DNA from: Octopus vulgaris
Lineage: Eukaryota
Direction of reading: 5' to 3'
DNA: 64,000 nt
Assembly: GCA_951406725.2 (NCBI GenBank)
Contig: OX597814.1
Location: 217,434,001-217,498,000, forward strand
The position numbers and the translations under genes are program-made. The notes under the pieces were generated by a model, which worked only from the letters and a program-made list of their open reading frames with translations, was not told the DNA's origin and ran no database searches. Position 1 is the first letter of the stretch. The number at the start of each line of letters is the position of its first letter. Of the stretch, positions 54,580 through 64,000 are shown one piece after another.

Positions 54580-54792
54580 GTACATACACACATACACACA
54601 CACACATGCTGTTGGTGATATGTTTCCTTCTCTGGACTTTTCTGTTTTCTTTCCTGACGAAGAGCTGTGATCGAAACGTCAAAAACTCTCTCTTTTTACT
54701 GAGCGTCAAACTAATACATTCTATGTGCACGTCCTCTTGTTTGTTATTATTATTTTTAATGTTCGATTATTCGATTTGACTATATATATATA

Positions 54793-55656
54793 TTGCATGA
54801 ACTAAAAGTCGGGGGGAGATGCGTAAACTACTTACATCAACTTGCTATAAAAGCAGGGAGTAATTTTACCTTGTCCCTATTCTTAGTGCAAGTTTTGAAC
54901 AATGCAGTTCGATTTTAACAGTTATTTTTTTAAAGATGTAATGGAAGTGACAAAGGAGCATATTCGGCATATTTTGCTTTATGATTTCAATAAAAGTAAC
55001 AACGCAGTGGAAAGTGCGAGGAATATTAATGCAGTATATGGGGATCGGACAATAAGCGTAAGACAGTGTCAACGGTGGTTCCAGATATTCCGAGCCGAGA
55101 AGACGAGCCTCGTCCAGGAAGATCTGTAGAGCTCGACGAGGACATCTTGCAAACCCTAGTGGAACAAAATCCCATCGTAGCCGTTGAGGAACTAGCAGAG
55201 AAGCTTGGAATTGGTCATTCAATCATTCATCGATACCTGCATGCCATCAGAGAACGACCTTCTTTGGTTTCAAGACGAATGATGTTCTTCCATCAAGATA
55301 ATGCTCGGCCACATACAGCGATGATGACATTCGAAAGGCTAGGGCAGTGTGAATGGGAAACAATGCCCCACCCATCATATTTGCCGGGCGTTGCCCCTTC
55401 TTATTATCATTTATTCTGCAGTCTTCAAAATCATTCAAACGGAAAAAATATGAATTCTGTAGACGAGGTCAGAACAGTACTGGAAGAGTATTTTTCGTCA
55501 CGGACAAGTGAATTTTAGAAGAGGAGTCTACCAGGTAGATTGAAGAGCATTGTAGAAAATGAAGGAAGGTATATTTTAGATTAAAAAGGGTTTTGTTATC
55601 TCAAAATTGAAAAAAATAGAAGTATAAAAAAACGCGTTATTTATGAGACGACCCAA
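54793..55656 (+). mobile_element. Mariner element, decayed transposase
   Basis: MEVTKEHIRHILLYDF, EDEPRPGRS, FHQDNARPH, HPSYLPGVAPSYYHLF; right TIR plus TA intact, left TIR largely lost. Confidence 0.92.
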
Positions 55657-55672
55657 TATATATATATATGTG

Positions 55673-55753
<81 letters not shown>

Positions 55754-56414
55754 CAGATGCCATCTCTGTGTCCAACGGTCAACTTGCCAAGATTCTTCAG
55801 TTTCCTCTGCGTTGTGCTGCATGCATACAATCAGCCAGGTTCTGTTTTTTATTCCACCCGTTGATGTCGTGTGTTCACAAAGGTTTTGGGTGGCCTCTTG
55901 CTCTCTTAACATCAACATTTCTTGTCAGGATGACTTTGGGTAGTGTCTGATAGATAGACAGAGACAAAATAGATAATGGAACTAAGAGACAGAAATTAAA
56001 GAAGTGTCGGCATTCTGTCTTGACTTCGCTCTTAAACACAAGTATCAACTTCTAAGAACTTTAGAAACAGTGTACTTAAAACATAATTTAATTACTTAGG
56101 TCTATAAATCAAATATATTTTGTGGTTATATGACCTAATGGAACTTTATTGCTTAGCCTTATACTTCAGTTGTTTGACCAGTCATGAATTCAACAATATT
56201 ACTTACGTAGTAAGTCCGAATGATGAAGAAATTCGCTTTGCTATCACGGAGTACTGGATTCGATTCCACTGCGTGGCACCTTGTACACGGGTTATTTACT
56301 ATGGCTCGAGTCGACCTAAGCCTTATAAGTAAAATTAGGTTGGCGGAAACTGTGGTAGGTCGTTGGAAGTATTGTACTTTGTTTCACACGGATTCTAACC
56401 AAGGATTGCTTTAA

Positions 56415-56631
56415 CCGTTTAGTATTTAAAGTTGCGTTGTCCGGCCCAAATGTTCTACCTGTTGTATGTTCAAACCAGCCAGATCTGACCTCTCACACCT
56501 GCCCTACAACGTCATTCTAAGAATAAACTATCATCTCAAAATCTCAAAGCTTTGAGACAATGCAAGATTAATTCAAAACAATGTGAATAAATAAGCATTA
56601 TGTTTGACAGATTAATCTGATTGCTAAAGGG
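56415..56631. mobile_element. piggyBac-like MITE
   Basis: TTAA on both sides (56411-56414, 56632-56635); termini CCGTTTAGTA / TGCTAAAGGG. Confidence 0.75.
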
Positions 56632-56747
56632 TTAACTGTACATGTTCCCGAGAAATATTCAGTTAATTATATGCTAATTCGATGAACAGGTAGTTTAGTT
56701 GATTGAACAAATGAATACGCATCGTGGAAAACTGACGGACATCATAC

Positions 56748-56927
56748 ATCATCATCATCATCATCATCATCATCGTTTAACGTCCGTTCTCCATGCTGGC
56801 ATGGGTTGGACGGTTCGACCGGGGATCTGGGAAGCCAGAAGGCTGCACCAGGCTCCGGTCTTATCTGGCAATGTTTCTACAGCTGGATGCCCTTCCTAAC
56901 GCCAACCACTCCGTGAGTGTAGTGGGT
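56748..56927 (-). mobile_element. SINE family E 3' part with (GAT)n tail
   Basis: The - strand reads ..CCAACCCATGCCAGCATGGAGAACGGACGTTAAACGATGATG; homologous to 7560-7777. Confidence 0.8.
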
Positions 56928-58003
56928 ATACACACTAATAAAAATAAATAAATAAATAATAATAAATATTATTATTATTATTTTATTATCATTTTTCATC
57001 TTTATTCTTACGTCTCACCCATTTTTACGTTTGGTTGAGTTAAACAATATTCAACAACGTTTACCTCATCCCGATGTAGAAATAATCTCCACTCCGTGAG
57101 TGTAGTGGGTATACACACTAATAAAAATAAATAAATAAATAATAATAAATATTATTATTATTATTTTATTATCATTTTTCATCTTTATTTTTACGTCTCA
57201 CCCATTTTTACGTTTGGTTGAGTTAAACAATATTCAACAACGTTTACCTCATCCCGATGTAGAAATAATCTCCACTCCGTGAGTGTAGTGGGTATACATA
57301 CTAATAAAAATAAATAAATAAATAATAATAAATATTATTATTATTATTTTATTATCATTTTTCATCTTTATTCTTACGTCTCACCCATTTTTACGTTTGG
57401 TTGAGTTAAACAATATTCAACAACGTTTACCTCATCCCGATGTAGAAATAATCTCCACTCCGTGAGTGTAGTGGGTATACATACTAATAAAAATAAATAA
57501 ATAAATAATAATAAATATTATTATTATTATTTTATTATCATTTTTCATCTTTATTTTTACGTCTCACCCATTTTTACGTTTGGTTGAGTTAAACAATATT
57601 CAACAACGTTTACCTCATCCCGATGTAGAAATAATCTCCACTCCGTGAGTGTAGTGGGTATACACACTAATAAAAATAAATAAATAAATAATAATAAATA
57701 TTATTATTATTATTTTATTATCATTTTTCATCTTTATTTTTACGTCTCACCCATTTTTACGTTTGGTTGAGTTAAACAATATTCAACAACGTTTACCTCA
57801 TCCCGATGTAGAAATAATCTCCACTCCGTGAGTGTAGTGGGTATACATACTAATAAAAATAAATAAATAAATAATAATAAATATTATTATTATTATTTTA
57901 TTATCATTTTTCATCTTTATTTTTACGTCTCACCCATTTTTACGTTTGGTTGAGTTAAACAATATTCAACAACGTTTACCTCATCCCGATGTAGAAATAA
58001 TCT
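56906..58003. repeat. 183-bp tandem repeat, exactly 6 copies
   Basis: Unit starts at 56906, 57089, 57272, 57455, 57638 and 57821; only two variable sites seen. Confidence 0.98.
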
Positions 58004-58156
58004 CGATTAATCAAATTTATAGTGCACATTATATTGTGTTAACACTTATAAAATACATTGCTTATTAGTATTTTTTACTTATATGATGGTTGTTTACTTG
58101 TTTATTTGTTTCAGCCAGAAATTCAAGTCGAATTTAAAGATTCTGAGAAAATATAA

Positions 58157-58166
58157 ATGATGCAAG
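58157..58166 (+). CDS. Candidate mucin-like gene, first coding segment (MMQ) in exon 58115-58166
   Basis: Acceptor TTTATTTGTTTCAG|58115; in-frame TAA immediately before ATG 58157; donor AAG|GTAAAA, phase 1. Confidence 0.5.
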
Positions 58167-58298
58167 GTAAAAAAAAAAAAAAATTTCATTTAATATTTCA
58201 TAATGCATTTGTGTAATAGAATGCTACTTTCTCCACTGTACACCTTTGTACCATAATGCTCTGGAACTGTGTTTATATCCGAGCATAGAGAAAATTTA

Positions 58299-58720
58299 GG
58301 ATCTTTTTCGGTTTGAACGGCAGTTTTTCTAGCGGTGTCATAAGAAATTGTTACCCATAATTATGACCCTAGTATCGATCTATTGTATTTCAATCTGTTT
58401 TAGGGTTAGTTAGGGTTAGGGGTGGGGGGAGGGTATCTTTTTTTTCTTCACAAATGTAAATAAACTCAATCTGTTTCTTAAAGGAGAGATATATTCATAC
58501 GGCACGGAATGCTTTTTTACTTCAATAGACGTCAGTGATTGGTTGAAATTGCAGAAATTGAAGAAGAAAAAAACAACAAATATCTTACGAACTATAGAAT
58601 TTTCTCAATAAAGCCAAGAGAAAAAGATGTTTTATAAACACATTCTACCAGTATACGAAGTTTAAAAGTTTTTAGTTACCTAGAAATTGTTAAAAACTGC
58701 CGTTCAAACCGAAAAGATCC
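58299..58720. mobile_element. Second copy (opposite orientation) of the Merlin-like telomere-repeat MITE
   Basis: Same TIRs; TSD AAAATTTA at 58291-58298 and 58721-58728; TTAGGG repeats near 58400-58421. Confidence 0.9.
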
Positions 58721-58735
58721 AAAATTTACATGCTA

Positions 58736-58826
<91 letters not shown>

Positions 58827-59366
58827 GTATGTGCGTATATATTGTTTGTTGATAGGCTCAAAAATTGGAATTACATAATACATTTCAAGTATCAATGAGT
58901 TTATAAATAGCAACTGGTAGCTACTAGCACTGCTACAATACTTACATGTACTCACATACACCACGTTAACTCATATATTATTGTCTACCATTTTTGTGGT
59001 TTACTACAGGACAGTTTAACGCTTGAAGTAAATAAGAAAGTTTCGGTTTTTCACGCCAAACCATGCCGAACGCAATCGTTTGTAAAACTACTCTCTTTTA
59101 CTCTTTTACTTGTTTCAGTCATTTGACTGCGGCCATGCTGGAGCACCGCCTTTATCATTAAAATGTCAACAGAAGTTTTACCTTTACCTTCTGCTGGAGC
59201 TGTGTGGAGCTTAAGTGTTTTGCTCATAAACACACACATCACTTGGTCTGAGATTCGAACCCACAACCTCTCGCTCGCAAGTCTGCTACTCTAACCACTA
59301 GGCCATACTGTCTAAAATACCAAGTTATTTTATATTACACACACATATGCACTCAGACAAAGTACA

Positions 59367-59426
<60 letters not shown>

Positions 59427-59594
59427 ACAAATTTCTTGATAGAGGCAAATGTTTTTTATTTATTTATTTATTCGTGAAACAAAAATGACCTCCTGATAAA
59501 CGAACTGGTGACGAATGTGTGTTATAATCAGTTAATCATTGTTGGGTTATCACAGAGATTCTTTACATTAGCCTATTTCTATTGGATTAGGTAG

Positions 59595-59642
59595 ATCAAA
59601 CTCTAGTTTATTTATTTATTTTGCTTTTATTTTGTTTTAAAG
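59595..59642 (+). CDS. Candidate mucin-like gene, signal-peptide exon (DQTLVYLFILLLFCFK)
   Basis: 48-nt phase 1-1 exon; acceptor TAG|59595 (modest), donor AAG|GTAAAC; joins both neighbours in frame. Confidence 0.5.
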
Positions 59643-59651
59643 GTAAACGTA

Positions 59652-61217
59652 CAGTACCAAAACTTTGGGACATCAAATGGTTCACAGTTCTCATTTTATC
59701 ACTTTGTCTTTGTGAGTATTGCTTTCTCAACGTTGAATTATTAAGTACATTGCAGGCGCTACAGGGCCGTATGTAACAATTTATGATACCGTTTTGTGTT
59801 TTGTCATCTTCAGTTTAAACCCAACCAGAGTCAAAAGCGCTCCTCATTCCTTTGGCATTGTTAAAAATTGTTTCGTTTCGAAACTCCAGAAGTTTCACGA
59901 AATTTAGTAGGGGGAAGCGGTAAGAGATGAATACTTCCTTAGAAATAGATATAAAGCCAATCTGTCACAATTAACTCTCATCTTCACAGGTATGAGATGC
60001 CATTCTCTGTGGCTGAGCTCCCACAACCCTTCAAGATTGTATGGATTCTTCTGACGAACTCTTCTCTTTTGTTCTGTCTACATTTATTCCATGATATTTA
60101 AGCCAGGGCTCTGAGCTGGCCAATCTTTCAATACAGCCAGATTCTGTTGTGTTGTATGCGATCTGTGACATGGAGCTCCGTCGTACTGAAAAATCTCACC
60201 TTCATCCAAGTCTGCTATCAAATTGTCCCCCTTCAGAAACTGGGTGGTGTATTTGCCACTATTCAAGTTGCTATCAATTTTAACCAACTGCCTTCAACCA
60301 TCACTTTTTGTGTATCCCCAAAGCATCAGACTCTTACCGCCAAACTTCATTGTTTTCGTCGTGTGACGTGCGTCCTTTCGCTTTCCTGGAGACCTTCTGA
60401 CAAATTCTTGCTAGAAAGCGAAACGCCGCATTTTTACACAACGAAAAAAGTGAATTTGTGGGGTAAGTGTCTGATGCTTTGGGGATACATAAAAAGTGAT
60501 GGTCCAAAAAAGTTGGTTAAAATTGACGGTGCCAAATACATTCAGTTGCTGAAGGACAATTTGATACCAGACTTGGATGAAGGTGAGATTTTTCAGCATG
60601 ACAGAGCTCCATGTCACAGATCGCGTGCAACACAACAGAGTCTGGTTGATGAAGGTCTTACTGTATTGAAAGACTGACCAGCTCAGAGCTCTGACTTAAA
60701 TATCATCGAGCAAATGTGGACAGAACTTAAGAGAAGAGTTCGTCAGAAGAATCCAACGCAATTTTGAGAGGTCGAGGGAGCTTAGCCACAGAGAATAGCA
60801 TCTCATACCTGTGAAGATGGTGAAGGATTTGTACGCATCTCTTTCCAGGCGCATTGAAACAATTATTTAAGCTAAGGGAAGCCACACGAAATATTAACAA
60901 TGTACAGTAACTTCTTGAAATGAACGTTAGGTAATAACTTTCCATTACAGACATTTTTTCTGTTTTAAAACATTATATCATGATTGGTTTATATGAGGTG
61001 GGCGAAAACTTTTGCACGGCTATTTTTGGTGGTCGTCTCGCAGCTTCCCCTCTCATTCAGAACCCCTACTACAAATTTGCTTAGGTATGGAAATGACTCC
61101 AACAGGGCCGATGTTTCATCTGTAAAAAAAACACAACGCGAAACATCCACTTATAAGTTGGCAATTAGTAGAAATTTACAATAGTTTAAAGTGGCCGAAG
61201 ACTTTTGCGCGGCACTG
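59652..61217 (+). mobile_element. Tc1-like (DD34E, IR/DR type) element containing two inverted transposase 3' halves
   Basis: TA-CAGT..ACTG-TA ends; LMLWG, IFQHDRAPCH, PAQSSDLNIIE on + (60425-60897) and IFQYDGAPCH, WPAQSPGLNIME on - (59979-60365); DR-like motifs at 60997-61021 and 61191-61217. Confidence 0.88.
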
Positions 61218-61338
61218 TACATTGATGAGCCACAAGAAGTGTCATAATTAATGAGCGGCAGTCAAAAATATTACCCACTCATCTTCTTCACATCTAAGCC
61301 AAGAAACAGTTACGGTTAAAGAATTTGGTTAACGCTAA

Positions 61339-61703
61339 CTAGCAGTATCGCCCGGCGTTGCTCGGGTTTGTAAGGGAAATAACTATAAAGCATTTTTAGA
61401 GAGTTATAGCCAAAAAATAGCAAAAAAATGGAAAAAAAATGATGGTAAATTTTTGGGGTGAGAGTTAAAAAGGTCGAGTTGCGTCCCCTAGACAGTCTGT
61501 GGTTTGTGTTTCTGATTCTTCGACCCCATGTCGAATTTATCGATTTTTTTCAGAAGAACTGCGTTAGTTTTGAATTATGACATTGGGCTATGTGTGTGTC
61601 AAGTTTCATCAGAATCGGTTGAAAGCCGTGGTCAGGGTGAGGGTACAACCTAACAGACACACAGACACGCACACGGACAAACTGCCGTTTATATAGAGAG
61701 AGA
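61339..61703 (-). mobile_element. Non-autonomous Helitron
   Basis: On the - strand: A|TC start, CCCGAGCAACGCCGGG hairpin, CTAG|T end; the 3' ~60 bp is shared with 53793-54191. Confidence 0.88.
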
Positions 61704-62773
61704 TTAGTTATGTTCCAACACTATTTTTAAAAGGAAAGAATTTACCGCTATTACAACATATTCATATCTACTGAGAATTGTTATCTGTTCAAATACCTTT
61801 ATGAAATGATTTAACGTTTAATTAACAGTGAAAATACATTGACGTGTAAAATACTCAATACACCTTCCCCTATATGTACATACAGGGAGGAGTCGGCGTG
61901 CGGTCCTAAACAGGCAATGCCCGAGGTATAGACAGGCTCGCCTTGTCTGCAATGTCATTGATCATAGATCTGCTGAACCAGGACTGGCCTGAAACAAAAC
62001 AATGACATATTGTTGCTGATCCAGTTGATGGCAGAGTAATTGTTGTTCAACCCAGATCAGCCTTTATTCGGCCAACTCGCCTCGTTAGCTTACATTATTT
62101 AGCAGGTCCTTCACTTCTTAAGATTTGAGGCGTTTTTGGTTGCTATTTTGTAGCATGTTTGAAGACTTCGCCATTAACTCACACATATTTGTTTATATAT
62201 AATGGTTAAAGTTTAATAATTAAGAAGGGAGATTATATGGTGTTTTATTAGGTTCCGTTTACACCTGCTTAGCGCTAATAATTCTTTACATATATATATC
62301 TTCAAGCAAATCATTTCAGTATTTTTAACCCCCTACTACCAAATTAATACCAGAAATATTCTTTCTGCTATTCTCTGGATAGATCTTGCGATGTCGAAAT
62401 AGGATTCAAAAGCGGTTTAACCTACGAGTCACCGTTTACCTCTTGGGGGCATGTATATTTACATATTATTTAAGCATAATACTTTACCCATTATCAGTTA
62501 AAAAATAGATTAAGGGTTACGGTGAAAGCAAAGGGTGATAATTTCGAATTGTAAATATATGTATAATGCTGGCTTCAAATTTGGTCACAAGGTCAGCAAG
62601 CTCGATAGAGGGGTTAAGTCGATTACATTGACACCGATGGTCAACTGGTACTTATTTTAACAACTCTGAAAGGGATGAAAAGCGAAGTCGACATCGACGG
62701 AATTTCAACTCAGAACGTAATCATTTTGTTGCTTGGTACGGTAACGATTCTGTCAACCCGACGCCTTCAAGTA

Positions 62774-63338
62774 TTGAGTTGTCCGGAAAGTTCGTGCCGA
62801 TTTATAGTAGCTTACCTTTCGACTTATTTTAGAACATGGTTGAGTCCATAAAATAGGATTTGACTACACCTCCATCTAGAGCACGGTTTAAGCTATCTTT
62901 TCGTGGAAGAAGAATCATGTTCCTATAACCAGTGTTAATTCTGTAACTCTTTAAAATGGAAGATAAGAAAGTTCATTTTCGGCACTTGATGCTTTGGGAA
63001 CCAAACAAAAATTGCTGCAGCTCGGCTGGGGTGTGTTACCCCACCCATCATATTCACCAGATATTGCTCCTTTGGATTTCCACTTATTCAGGTCTCTACA
63101 GAATAGTCTTAATGGTAAAATTTAAATTCCTTGGATGATGTAAAAAGATACCTTAATGAATTCTTTGCCATGAAACCACCTCAATTCTGGAAAGAGGGTA
63201 TTTTCAAATTAAAGGAAAGATGGAGACGCATTGTGCAACAAAATGGTTCATATTTGGTTGATTAAAACTGTAAATGCAAGTATTTATTGACCTTTTTCTT
63301 TCCTTTAAAAATCGGCACGAACTTTCCGGACAACCCAA
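62774..63338 (+). mobile_element. Internally deleted mariner element, second copy
   Basis: Same TIRs, TA TSD and deletion junction as 40553-41118. Confidence 0.93.
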
Positions 63339-63536
63339 TATTTATGTATAATATTATCATTAAATATAACAATCAACCGGTAAACTTCCATTAACCAAAA
63401 CCTAAAACTTTTTATTTCATAACAAAATGAATAATGGGCAATCGGAATAAAGTTTGTCTGAATTTATTCATAGGATTGTGTAGCATATGCAATATTCTAA
63501 CACTTTTTCTTTTTCTCCGCGTTCTATTTCAAACAG

Positions 63537-64000
63537 CCTATGTAAAATGTCAGAACACAGCATCAGCAGTGACTACAAATAATGTCAGTACTATTATGTC
63601 TACTTCATTCTCCCCCATAACCAATGGACAAACAACAAATACAATGGCTTCAACAAATTCAACTACATCACCTTCCTCTGTTCTTGGCTCAACACCAGGA
63701 ACTACTACTACTACTTCTTCTTCTACTTCTATTTCTTCTTCTCCTTCTTCTTCTTCTTCTTCTCCTTCTTCTTCTCCTAATTCTTCTTCTTCTGTCTTCT
63801 TCTTCTATTTCTTCTTCTTCTTCTTCTTCTTCATCTTCTTCTTCTCCTTCTTCTCTCTCTTCCACTCCTTCTCTCTCTCCCACTCCTTCTCTCTCTTCCT
63901 CTTCTTCTCCTACTCTTCCTCCCTCTTCTTCTCCTTCTTCATCTTTTTCTCCTATCACCTCTTCTTCTATTTCTCTTTCTCCTTCCACCCCTTCCACCCT
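63537..64000 (+). CDS. Candidate mucin-like gene, Ser/Thr/Pro-rich exon running off the window; apparent +1 frameshift near 63794
   Basis: Branch-like CTAAC (63497-63501), pyrimidine tract, CAG|63537; AYVKCQNTASAVTTNNVSTIMSTSFSPITNGQTTNTMASTNSTTSPSSVLGSTPGTTTTTSSS... Confidence 0.68.

Noticed and set aside
62252-62305. Alternative signal-peptide exon (GSVYTCLALIILYIYISS)
   Set aside because: Requires a weak non-consensus GC donor (CAA|GCAAAT); 59595-59642 fits better with canonical sites.
63689-63997. Glu/Arg-rich - strand ORF
   Set aside because: Antisense shadow of the (TCT)n Ser tract; its E-to-R switch marks the same frameshift.

Overview
AT-rich, repeat-dense eukaryotic DNA. The SINE repertoire (recognised from memory, not searched) and the extreme microsatellite load point to an octopod cephalopod. 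Most listed ORFs are translated microsatellites. Mobile elements: at least five SINE families (working labels A-E), fragments of RTE, CR1-group, R4/Dong-type (RLE) and Penelope-like retroelements, and Tc1, mariner, pogo/Tigger, hAT, piggyBac-like, Merlin-like and Helitron elements. There are two young tandem arrays: a 44-45-bp unit of about 54 copies running into a 100-N gap, and a 183-bp unit x6. The only credible host gene is absent from the ORF track: a spliced + strand gene (exons 58115-58166, 59595-59642, 63537 to beyond 64000) encoding a signal peptide plus a Ser/Thr/Pro-rich mucin-like region, with an apparent +1 frameshift near 63794. Most notable signals: an intact minimal hammerhead ribozyme (20240-20324); a 512-bp near-perfect palindrome with a template-switch signature; a satellite arising at an R4 3' UTR; an R4 fragment carrying a covarying stem-loop at both ends; and a MITE carrying telomeric TTAGGG repeats. 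No CRISPR array, true tRNA/rRNA gene or prokaryotic system is supported.
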